Source: Escherichia coli
GTDB taxonomy: Bacteria > Pseudomonadota > Gammaproteobacteria > Enterobacterales > Enterobacteriaceae
Strand: one strand, 5' to 3'
Length of the DNA: 64,000 nt
Assembly: GCF_003991155.1 (NCBI RefSeq)
Contig: NZ_CP031293.1
Position 1 is the first letter of the stretch, and the number at the start of each line of letters is the position of its first letter. Shown piece after piece: positions 46,102 to 55,900 of the stretch. The notes under the pieces are model-generated. The model was not told the origin of the DNA, searched no databases, and saw only the letters and a program-made list of their open reading frames with translations. A program made the position numbers and the translations under genes.

Positions 46102-46821
46102 TCAGCGACTCATCAGCACTTCAGCAATATGCATCACTTTGACTTTCTGCCCTTCCCGTTGTAATCGTCCACTGATGTTCAGCAGGCAACTCACGTCAGC
46201 ACCAATTAAATACTCAGGGCGGGCTTCCATCAGGTGCACAACCTTTTCTTTCACCATCTCGCCGGATATTTCGGCCATTTTGACCGAGAACGTGCCGCCA
46301 AATCCGCAGCAGGTATCCTGTTCAGCAAAGGTCAACAGCTCCAGTCCACGCACATTTTTCAGCAGCGTAAGTGGTTCGTCCTTCACCCCCAGCTTACGGG
46401 CCAGGCTACAAGATGGGTGATACACCGCTCTCCCTTGCAAACTGGCACCTACATCGACTACCCCTAATGTATTAACAATAAAAGAGGTGAGATCCTGCAT
46501 ACGCGCGGCAACCTTTTCGGCACGTGATGCCCATTCAGGTTCATCCGCCAGATACGTCGGGTAACTTTTTACGGCATAGGTGCAAGAGCCAGCCGGTGAA
46601 ATAATGGGATCGTCGTTATCCTCCAGTGCGGCGATCAGATTTTTCATCCCTGGAATCGCTTCTTTGATATAACCACTATTGATCGCAGGCTGACCGCAGC
46701 ATCCCTGTTTCTCCGGGAAATTTACGCGACAGCCGAGTTTTTCCAGTAGCAGCACGGAGTCTCGTGCCATTCTTGATTTCAGGGCGTCACCAATACAGGT
46801 GACAAAGAAATTGACATTCAC
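46102..46821 (-). CDS. ykgE: LutA-like cysteine-rich (CCG-domain) oxidoreductase subunit
   Basis: 239 aa; cysteine-rich motifs CCG and CSCA-type; first gene of ykgEFG. Confidence 0.85.
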   Translation of the reverse strand: MNVNFFVTCIGDALKSRMARDSVLLLEKLGCRVNFPEKQGCCGQPAINSGYIKEAIPGMKNLIAALEDNDDPIISPAGSCTYAVKSYPTYLADEPEWASRAEKVAARMQDLTSFIVNTLGVVDVGASLQGRAVYHPSCSLARKLGVKDEPLTLLKNVRGLELLTFAEQDTCCGFGGTFSVKMAEISGEMVKEKVVHLMEARPEYLIGADVSCLLNISGRLQREGQKVKVMHIAEVLMSR

Positions 46822-47346
46822 AACTAATACTCCATTACTTCATGCCCATTTATGCCCGATGGTTCCCCCCTTCCGGGGGATCAATCATCAATAAATATGG
46901 CGTTCTTTTTTAATTGGCTAGCAACATACCACCCCTCATTTGTATGACAAATGATAATCTTTCATCTAAACTTCAAATGCAATAACTAATTTTATTTCTT
47001 TCGGCATCGCTCACATTTTATAGGGAAATCGACGATCATTTTTGGCATAAGAAATCCATTTAAAAAGGCTACACCCCTTATACCTATTCAGAGCTACTTA
47101 TTCAGGGGTTATTGAGATATACACTGATGGTGCACAAAAAAATCACCGACAATAATCACGCATCAAGTAATAGTCGGGATTTTATTTAATTGAAGCAATT
47201 TAGTTTGCATTTTTATTTAAAAACTGAGCTAGAGTCCATCAAAAAAATATATAAAGCCCAAAACCACCGTTGGAAATAGAAATAGTTGAAAGGCTCACAA
47301 CTCCCGGAATGCGGATTATCTTTGCCCTGATTTCTGGCGGTTTTAT

Positions 47347-48201
47347 TCAGGGTGCAAGCTGTCTGACCCTTTCCCGATATTCTCCCGGGGTACAACCAAA
47401 CTCGCGAACAAACGCCTTGTGAAAAGATGATTCACTGGCATAGCCTACTGACTCAGCGATCACCACAACAGGGAGCGTTTCCCGGGAAAACATCTGGGCC
47501 GCTATTTGTAGACGCAACTTTGTTAATACAGCCAGCGGCGTGGTTCCGGAAACATCACGGAAAAGCTGGGCAAAACTTGCCCGGGACATGTGGGCGATGC
47601 TGGCCAGCGATTCGACGGTCCAGGCGTGTCCTGGCATTTCCAGCATTTGCTGTATTACCGCACCAAGACGTGGATGTAGAAGCAAACTGAGAATGTTTTT
47701 CTCTGTATTAACCTGTGCAATCCACTCACGCACCGCGAGGGTAAAGAATGTAGCGCAGATCTGGCTACACAGAGCATCCACTCCCGGCATTGCCGATCTG
47801 GATTCCTGTTGTAAAAACGGGATCGCCTCCCTCAGCCAGTTATATTCCACGCTATGGTTCACTGGTGCTACAAACAGCGTTTCCGGCAAAGACGTTAAAA
47901 AATAACGCGCCGAATGTTGCAGCCGAAGAGTGCCACAGACAATACAGGTCGATTCATTATCGACATGACTCAGGCGATGAGCTGAATTTTGTGGTAGCAG
48001 GACCACATTTCCCGGGCGTAATGTAAAAATCTCTCCCGTCGGCATTTCCAGCTTCGCCGCTCCTTGCGTTAACGCATGCCAACGAATAACCGACAATTCC
48101 CCGGCACCATGTGGAAGTTGCCAGTCACTTCCTAACACGCAATTCTTATCGATCGTTCCTTGTGGAGCGTTAAGCATCAACAAACGGCTAAGAGCATCCA
48201 T
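47347..48201 (-). CDS. rclR: AraC-family reactive-chlorine-responsive activator
   Basis: ORF 47347..48252; ATG at 48201 gives MDALSRLLMLNAPQG (284 aa); C-terminal AraC HTH; divergent from rclABC. Confidence 0.9.
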   Translation of the reverse strand: MDALSRLLMLNAPQGTIDKNCVLGSDWQLPHGAGELSVIRWHALTQGAAKLEMPTGEIFTLRPGNVVLLPQNSAHRLSHVDNESTCIVCGTLRLQHSARYFLTSLPETLFVAPVNHSVEYNWLREAIPFLQQESRSAMPGVDALCSQICATFFTLAVREWIAQVNTEKNILSLLLHPRLGAVIQQMLEMPGHAWTVESLASIAHMSRASFAQLFRDVSGTTPLAVLTKLRLQIAAQMFSRETLPVVVIAESVGYASESSFHKAFVREFGCTPGEYRERVRQLAP

Positions 48202-48427
48202 ATCAGACTCCTGAGTGGTTTTTTGATTACAAACACCAACAATCTTAGTCAATAATTAATCTAATACCATCAAATAGTTAATCATGATTTTTGTTTTGTG
48301 ATTCTGATTAAGAAAAAGAAAATACCAGACGATAAGACAAAATATCAAGCGTTGTGAAGAAATGTTATTTGCTCTTTTGCGTCTATAGTCATGATGTCAA
48401 ATGAACGCGTTTCGACAGGAAATCATC

Positions 48428-49753
48428 ATGAATAAATATCAGGCAGTTATTATTGGTTTTGGCAAGGCTGGAAAAACATTAGCCGTCACGCTGGCAAAAG
48501 CAGGTTGGCGTGTGGCTCTCATCGAACAATCAAATGCAATGTATGGCGGGACCTGTATTAATATCGGCTGTATCCCAACCAAAACATTGGTTCATGACGC
48601 ACAGCAGCACACAGATTTTGTCCGTGCCATACAGCGTAAAAATGAAGTGGTTAATTTTTTACGTAATAAGAATTTTCATAATCTTGCGGATATGCCCAAT
48701 ATCGACGTGATCGACGGCCAGGCGGAGTTTATCAATAATCATAGCCTGCGTGTTCATCGGCCTGAGGGAAATCTGGAAATTCATGGCGAGAAAATTTTTA
48801 TTAATACCGGTGCAAAAACCGTGGTTCCGCCAATTCCTGGAATTACCACCACGCCTGGTGTATATGACAGCACCGGATTACTTCATCTAAAAGAATTGCC
48901 TGGGCATTTAGGTATTTTGGGCGGCGGATATATTGGCGTTGAGTTCGCCTCTATGTTCGCTAATTTTGGCAGCAAGGTAACCATTTTAGAAGCAGCTTCG
49001 CTGTTTTTGCCTCGGGAAGATCGGGATATTGCTGATAACATCGCGACGATTTTACGCGATCAGGGCGTCGATATTATCCTCAATGCCCATGTGGAGCGAA
49101 TCAGTCACCATGAAAATCAAGTGCAAGTGCATAGCGAGCACGCCCAACTGGCGGTGGATGCACTGTTAATAGCTTCCGGTCGTCAACCGGCTACCGCTTC
49201 TTTACATCCAGAAAATGCCGGTATCGCAGTAAACGAGCGCGGGGCAATTGTCGTTGACAAGCGATTACATACCACCGCAGACAATATTTGGGCGATGGGA
49301 GATGTTACCGGCGGGCTGCAATTTACTTACATATCACTAGATGATTACCGCATTGTACGTGATGAGTTACTGGGTGAAGGCAAACGTAGTACTGATGATC
49401 GGAAAAATGTGCCTTATTCCGTATTTATGACACCGCCACTGTCCAGGGTTGGTATGACAGAAGAACAAGCCAGAGAGAGTGGTGCTGATATTCAGGTGGT
49501 GACATTGCCTGTAGCTGCAATTCCGCGCGCCAGAGTGATGAACGATACCCGTGGGGTATTAAAAGCGATTGTTGATAATAAAACCCAACGTATATTAGGG
49601 GCATCACTGCTGTGTGTTGACTCCCACGAGATGATCAATATAGTGAAAATGGTGATGGATGCCGGGCTGCCTTATAGCATATTACGCGATCAGATATTTA
49701 CTCATCCGTCGATGAGCGAATCACTCAATGATCTATTTTCATTAGTCAAATAA
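48428..49753 (+). CDS. rclA: pyridine nucleotide-disulfide oxidoreductase
   Basis: ORF 48401..49753; ATG at 48428 gives MNKYQAVIIGFGKAGK (441 aa); redox-active disulfide motif GGTCINIGCIPTK. Confidence 0.9.
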   Translation: MNKYQAVIIGFGKAGKTLAVTLAKAGWRVALIEQSNAMYGGTCINIGCIPTKTLVHDAQQHTDFVRAIQRKNEVVNFLRNKNFHNLADMPNIDVIDGQAEFINNHSLRVHRPEGNLEIHGEKIFINTGAKTVVPPIPGITTTPGVYDSTGLLHLKELPGHLGILGGGYIGVEFASMFANFGSKVTILEAASLFLPREDRDIADNIATILRDQGVDIILNAHVERISHHENQVQVHSEHAQLAVDALLIASGRQPATASLHPENAGIAVNERGAIVVDKRLHTTADNIWAMGDVTGGLQFTYISLDDYRIVRDELLGEGKRSTDDRKNVPYSVFMTPPLSRVGMTEEQARESGADIQVVTLPVAAIPRARVMNDTRGVLKAIVDNKTQRILGASLLCVDSHEMINIVKMVMDAGLPYSILRDQIFTHPSMSESLNDLFSLVK

Positions 49754-49861
49754 ACTCAAAATCAGACGCCAGAACAAATATTCTGGCGTCTCAGAGAAAA
49801 TAATCTTATTAATTCCCTGTTATTATATAACTTCTTAATCACTTCATTGATGGTATTTTAT

Positions 49862-50098
49862 ATGTTTAAAAAACCTGTTTTATTTGCAACACTATTATCT
49901 GGCGTTATGGCATTTTCCACCAATGCAGATGATAAAATAATTCTGAAACATATCAGCGTCTCGTCAGTATCAGCATCACCGACAGTTCTGGAGGATGCCA
50001 TTGCTGATATGGCCAGAAAATATAATGCTTCATCCTGGAAAGTCACATCGATGCGAATTGATAATAATTCAACCGCAACAGCAGTATTGTATAAATAA
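49862..50098 (+). CDS. rclB: small periplasmic DUF1471 protein
   Basis: ATG at 49862 gives MFKKPVLFATLLSGVMAFSTNA (signal peptide), 78 aa. Confidence 0.78.
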   Translation: MFKKPVLFATLLSGVMAFSTNADDKIILKHISVSSVSASPTVLEDAIADMARKYNASSWKVTSMRIDNNSTATAVLYK

Positions 50099-50109
50099 GG
50101 ATGTTTACA

Positions 50110-50703
50110 ATGGAGAAATACCTGCACCTGTTAAGTCGGGGAGATAAAATTGGCCTGACATTGATTCGTCTGAGTATTGCGATTGTTTTTATGTGGATTG
50201 GGTTATTAAAGTTTGTCCCTTACGAGGCAGACAGCATTACACCATTCGTCGCAAACAGTCCACTAATGTCGTTCTTTTATGAACACCCGGAAGACTATAA
50301 ACAGTATCTGACTCACGAAGGCGAATACAAACCAGAAGCAAGAGCATGGCAAACGGCTAATAATACCTATGGTTTTTCCAACGGTCTTGGCGTCGTGGAG
50401 GTGATTATTGCTCTGCTGGTTTTGGCTAATCCTGTCAATCGCTGGTTAGGTTTATTGGGTGGGCTGATGGCATTTACCACGCCGCTGGTAACACTCTCAT
50501 TTTTAATCACCACCCCGGAGGCATGGGTACCCGCATTGGGTGACGCTCATCATGGTTTCCCTTATTTATCCGGTGCTGGTCGCCTGGTATTGAAAGATAC
50601 TCTGATGCTGGCAGGTGCTGTCATGATAATGGCAGATTCGGCGCGGGACATTCTTAAACAACGCAGTAATGAATCCAGTTCAACGTTAAAAACTGAATAT
50701 TGA
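50110..50703 (+). CDS. rclC: inner-membrane protein (DUF417)
   Basis: ATG at 50110 gives MEKYLHLLSRGDKIGLTLIRLSIAIVFMWIGLLKF, 197 aa, hydrophobic. Confidence 0.82.
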   Translation: MEKYLHLLSRGDKIGLTLIRLSIAIVFMWIGLLKFVPYEADSITPFVANSPLMSFFYEHPEDYKQYLTHEGEYKPEARAWQTANNTYGFSNGLGVVEVIIALLVLANPVNRWLGLLGGLMAFTTPLVTLSFLITTPEAWVPALGDAHHGFPYLSGAGRLVLKDTLMLAGAVMIMADSARDILKQRSNESSSTLKTEY

Positions 50704-50864
50704 TAATCCGAACACTGTCTGTTGTTCACTTTTTCAGGCGTCAGGCTTTCCTTGCTAATGGGTGAAGCCTGACGCCATATTACCTGAAACAGGACAATGT
50801 AAGGTTCAATATAACTCCCTTATTAAAACATTTATGTCGTCTCAGGTAAAATAAGTGATTAATA

Positions 50865-51734
50865 TCAATCATGTATTTTTACAGCAAGACAACCACGAAC
50901 AAACTCAGGATTAAAATGTTTTACCGATTCCCCAACATAACCCAAATCTAGCGAACTAATTTGCGCCATTTCTTTCTCTGTCAGTGAGAAATCCCAGATA
51001 GCAAAATTTTCTTCGATACGCTGTTGATGTGTTGATTTCGGAATAACGACCACTCCCCGTTGAATATTCCAACGCAGAATGACCTGAGAAATCGATTTTT
51101 GATGGGCATCTGCAATACTCTGAAGCAGATTATTTTCAAAGGGTTTATGTCGTCCACCACCTAACGGAGCCCATGCTTCAGGCTGCACGTTATAATACTT
51201 CATGATTGCCAGCGCCTCTGGTTGGGCAAAATAGGGATGCAACTCGACCTGATTGACCATCGGTTTAACTCTTACCGTTTCACAAAAGTTCGCCAGAACA
51301 TGAGGGTAGAAATTGGAAACCCCAATCGCTTTTAATTTGCCCTCCTCATAGGCATCTTCGAGTGCACGCCACGCACTAAAATAATCGCGCATGGCCTGGT
51401 GCAATAAATAGAGATCGAAGTATTCTAGCCCCGATTTTTTTAATGATGCTTCAATACCTGCTGCTGCAATATCCTGATTCAACATATCCTGCACCCACAA
51501 TTTAGACGTTATAAATAACTCTTCTCGGGTACATAAACCTTCAGATATGGCTTCACGAACGGCTTCACCGACGGCATCTTCATTACCGTATACCGCTGCA
51601 GTGTCGATGAGTCGATAACCCGTGCGGATAGCATTCAACACTGACTGTTTGCACACGTCTTTATCGGTAACCTGAAAAACACCAAATCCCATCATCGGCA
51701 TTTTCAGATTGTTACTTAATACGGAAAATTCCAC
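50865..51734 (-). CDS. aldo-keto reductase family oxidoreductase
   Basis: ORF 50865..51749; probable GTG start at 51734 preceded by GGAGGG; AKR motifs ([32 protein letters not shown]). Paralogue of the AKR at 57780..58631. May correspond to an intact form of the K-12 ykgQ pseudogene (uncertain). Confidence 0.8.
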   Translation of the reverse strand: MEFSVLSNNLKMPMMGFGVFQVTDKDVCKQSVLNAIRTGYRLIDTAAVYGNEDAVGEAVREAISEGLCTREELFITSKLWVQDMLNQDIAAAGIEASLKKSGLEYFDLYLLHQAMRDYFSAWRALEDAYEEGKLKAIGVSNFYPHVLANFCETVRVKPMVNQVELHPYFAQPEALAIMKYYNVQPEAWAPLGGGRHKPFENNLLQSIADAHQKSISQVILRWNIQRGVVVIPKSTHQQRIEENFAIWDFSLTEKEMAQISSLDLGYVGESVKHFNPEFVRGCLAVKIHD

Positions 51735-51981
51735 TGTCAGTCCCTCCATTAGGTATGAACAATGAGTCTACGTTAAAACGTAACCTCAAATTAGTATGTG
51801 GATTTTGATATCACTTATGCAAAAAATTCATTAATAATGTAGGACTGAAACCTCTCTATTTTTGGGGCAATGAAGCAGACGCTATCAGTGCTTTTGCCTT
51901 GGGACTTGCTGTTTTTGATACACTTAGGGCCCAGGACATAACGAAAATGTGCGATATGACAAAGAATTAACGGAGTATGTG

Positions 51982-52839
51982 ATGATCAGGCAGAAGATTC
52001 TACAGCAGCTCCTGGAGTGGATTGAGTGTAATCTTGAGCACCCTATTTCAATCGAAGATATCGCACAGAAATCTGGCTACAGCAGACGCAACATCCAGCT
52101 TCTGTTCCGAAATTTCATGCATGTGCCTTTGGGAGAATACATTCGCAAACGAAGGCTTTGTCGTGCCGCCATTCTTGTCCGGCTCTCCGCGAAATCTATG
52201 CTTGATATTGCACTCTCTTTGCATTTTGATTCACAGCAATCATTCAGCCGCGAATTTAAAAAGTTATTCGGCTGCTCTCCCCGTGAATACCGCCACCGTG
52301 ATTATTGGGATCTCGCAAATATCTTCCCTTCTTTTTTAATACGTCAACAGCAAAAGACGGAGTGTAGATTAGTCAACTTTCCTGAGACACCTATTTTTGG
52401 CAATTCATTTAAATATGATATTGAAGTGTCGAATAAATCACCGGATGAAGAAGTCAAACTGCGACGTCATCATTTAGCCAGATGTATGAAGAATTTTAAG
52501 ACGGATATCTATTTCGTCTCCACGTTCGAACCGTCAACAAAATCGGTCGATTTGCTCACAGTTGAAACTTTTGCCGGTACGGTATGCAAACAAACCGATT
52601 CAGAGATGTCGAAAGAGTGGACAATTAACCGAGGACTGTATGCCTCTTTCCGCTATGAAGGTGAGTGGGAGCACTACCCTGAATGGGCGCGAAACCTCTA
52701 TCTGATGGAATTACCCGCCAGGAGGTTAGCCAGAATGAACGGCAGTGATATTGAGCGGTTTTATTACAATGAAGATTTCGTAGAAAAGGATAGCAATGAT
52801 GTTGTTTGCGAAATATTTATCCCTGTTCGTCCGGTTTAG
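51982..52839 (+). CDS. ykgA: AraC-family regulator with a C-terminal effector-binding domain assigned as GyrI-like by memory
   Basis: ORF 51949..52839; ATG at 51982 preceded by GGAG; N-terminal AraC HTH (ISIEDIAQKSGYSRRNIQLLF). Appears full length here. Confidence 0.78.
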   Translation: MIRQKILQQLLEWIECNLEHPISIEDIAQKSGYSRRNIQLLFRNFMHVPLGEYIRKRRLCRAAILVRLSAKSMLDIALSLHFDSQQSFSREFKKLFGCSPREYRHRDYWDLANIFPSFLIRQQQKTECRLVNFPETPIFGNSFKYDIEVSNKSPDEEVKLRRHHLARCMKNFKTDIYFVSTFEPSTKSVDLLTVETFAGTVCKQTDSEMSKEWTINRGLYASFRYEGEWEHYPEWARNLYLMELPARRLARMNGSDIERFYYNEDFVEKDSNDVVCEIFIPVRPV

Positions 52840-52963
52840 CCTGTAAATCCATCACATAAGATTTACCCTACCCTGCCACCGTCTAATCGGTACCAGGGTA
52901 GGTATTCAGTAAATAATGGCGCTGCGCATGTCAACGCCATTATTATTTATTACATCATCGCTT

Positions 52964-55900
52964 TTATTTCTCCTCAGCGCCTTCAGTATCTGCAGGAACG
53001 GCGTTAATTGTCACAGTCACTGGTTTCATTTCATACCCTCCATATGTCAAAGAGTTGAATGTGAATGTGTATGTACCTGGCTTGTTGGTACTAAATGTAC
53101 GCGTGATTTTCCCGTTCGCGAAATGGTCATTTTTCGACGGCAGGAACTGATAATCCGCCTCTGTCACCCCTTCCGGAGCCTCAATGTCGACCCACATGGT
53201 TCCTCCTACGGGGTTGACACCCGACATCAGAGTAACCGTCAGTGTTGCAGTTGTCTTCCCGTCCGCCACCAGAAAATCTACACGCTCTGGAGATGCAGCG
53301 AGCTCCGCGTTTTTATCATCCGCGACGAATTTAGATTCGGCAGTTTTCGTCGATTCCTGACCATCGGCCTGTTCCACTTTCGCCGTGAGTGTATATGTCG
53401 CTGCGACAGTGGTCGTGGCGGTGAAAATAGCCTGCCCTTGCTCATTCGTTGTCGCCGTCCCATTGGGAGTCAGAACTAAATTTTCCGGGCTGGCAGTCAG
53501 CGTCACTTCGCTATCTTTCAGCAGGTTGTTATTGGCATCAGTCACCGTAACTTTATACGTCTGTTTGGTTTTGCCATCCGCCACTGCACGGTTGCCAATC
53601 ACCTCAATACTGGAGATGGTCGCCGTAGTGTTATCGGCCACAAACGTTACAGACTGCGCATTCGAAGGCTGGTCATTTCCTGCTGACGCCGTGATCTCAT
53701 AGGTTCCGGCAGTCACGGAAACCACTTTCAGTTCCGCTTTACCCTCCTTGTCGGCGTTCACCATGATATTACCGTCTGCAAGCGGTTTGACGCCCCGAGG
53801 CAGATTAAAGACGACCACAGCGCCAGGAAGAAGGTTGCCGTATTGATCCTTAACCGTTGCCGTCAGCGTAAAGGCATCTTTGCCGTTTGCCACTTTTTGA
53901 GCAGCGGCGTCTACCTCCAGGCTCGCCTGACCGGTACTGAAATCCGCCTTGAATTTCACCTTGACCGTCTTCTGAGAGTTTTTCACCGAGGCCTCGATCT
54001 CAAGTTCCCCGGCAACCGTTGACATCAGCTCAATGTCAGCTTTACCTGCCGTATTGGTTGTTACCGTATTCCCCGTCTTGCTGGTCACGCCCTGCGGTAA
54101 AGTCAGCGTAACTTCTTGCCCCTGCAACGGGTTACCATAGCTGTCCACGACGGTCAGGGTTATCTGGTTAGCAGACTGTCCATTAGCCAGTTGGTTATTA
54201 ACCTTCACTGTCATATCACGAATCTCAGCCTTAGATGCGTCACCTGCAACGTTCAGCACCAGTGGCTGAGCAACGGCATTTTGGCCATTCACTCGCGGCA
54301 TCACAGACAACTGACCCGCGGCAGATCCCAGCGTTAAGGTCGCCACGTAGACCCCATTACTTTGCTCTGTCCAGCTTCCTGCTGAAGGTCGCTCACTCCC
54401 CGTGCTGGCGGCACCGCTAAACACTGGTGCATCGAGCTTCAGGCCACTAACAGGGTTCCCATACGCATCCTTCGCGGTGAAGGTAAGTTCCGTCGTCGCT
54501 TTGACGGTCGGAGCCTTATTGTCAGCAACAAGCGTAGAGTTCGCTGATGACATCTCCCCCGCAACGACAGTCAACCGCGCAGCATCGGTGGCTGCTGGCT
54601 GACCGTTGAATAGCGGCATAACGAGAAGCTCACCCGTCTTTCCCCCTGTGGTCAGCGTAGCGACATAGGAACCATCGCCCTGCTCGGTCCAGTTGGATAC
54701 CGTCGCCCCTTCAGACGCAGCACCCGTCAGGCTTGCCGACAGGGAAAGGCCACTGATAGCGTTGCCATGCGCATCTTTTGCAATAAGCGTCACGGTTGTG
54801 CTTTCGCCTGCTTTTACGCGGTCTGCGGCTACAGAGACTGTCGACTGGCCTGAAGATAACGCATCAGCCACCACGGTCACTTTAGCCGCATTCGCTGCCG
54901 CGTCCTGCCCATTGAGCTTCGGCATAACCTCTAATTCCCCCGCCGTAGTGCCGAGAGTAATCTGCGCAGTCCAGGTCCCGTCGCCATTATCCGTCCAGCC
55001 TGATGCCATAGACCCCGCAGCGGCTGCGCCAGATAATGACGGTGCATCTGGATTGAGGCCAATTACAGGGTTGCCATTGGCATCTTTTGCCGTCCAGATT
55101 GCCGTAAGCGTACCACCAACCACCGGTTTATCCGGATTCAGGGCGATGGTCGAATGTGCTGCATCAAGCGGCCCGGCGACAAACTTCAGCGTTTGTTGTA
55201 ATGAGCCCAACTGATACTGCTCGCTAAAGGCACGCACAACAACGTTTCCGGCACGGGTCGAAGAAACCGTGGCGCTGTAAACCCCTGGTTTTATTTCCGA
55301 AATGGCACCAATGGTTACACCATTAGTGTCTTGCGGAACAAGTCGCAGGCGGCTGGCTTCTCCCGTCACCGGATTACCCTCGGAGTCCACCGCTGTCAGT
55401 GTCAGCGTGTAGACTTGCTGACCATCAGCAACCACATCACCTGACGGCTCGTTAGCGCTCAGGGTGGAGTTTGCCACATCCATCATCGTGGCCCGCAGTT
55501 CTGCAGTGACAGTTTTGCTCATGTCATCAACGCTAACAGTAATCGTTGCCTCTCCTGACTGCGTTCCGGTAGTAAAGACAGACTGATACACCCCTGCTTC
55601 AGTTTCGGTGAACTCACCCAGTGTTGGCTTTGCCTGTGATTTAGTGGCCTTCAGGGTACGAGTCACAATATTTCCAGCCGGTTTGAACGTCAGCTCAGTC
55701 TTGATCTGATCTTTCATGCCCGTGACTGGCTGCCCCTCGGCGTCGCGCAGAGAAAGCACCAGTGGCTTTTGCTCACTACCGTTAGCAAGCATTTGAATAC
55801 GGCTCTGACCGTCAAGCGTTAACGCCGTGCGCTCGGCACTCATACCTGCTCCGGTAATGACCACCTCTGTCTGCACGTGTTTTGAGGCATTGCCTTTGTT

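Noticed and set aside
53385-55214. Several plus-strand ORFs of 100 to 173 aa inside the eaeH region
   Set aside because: Antisense frames stay open because of the repetitive Ig-domain coding sequence; products are low-complexity and none has a start context.
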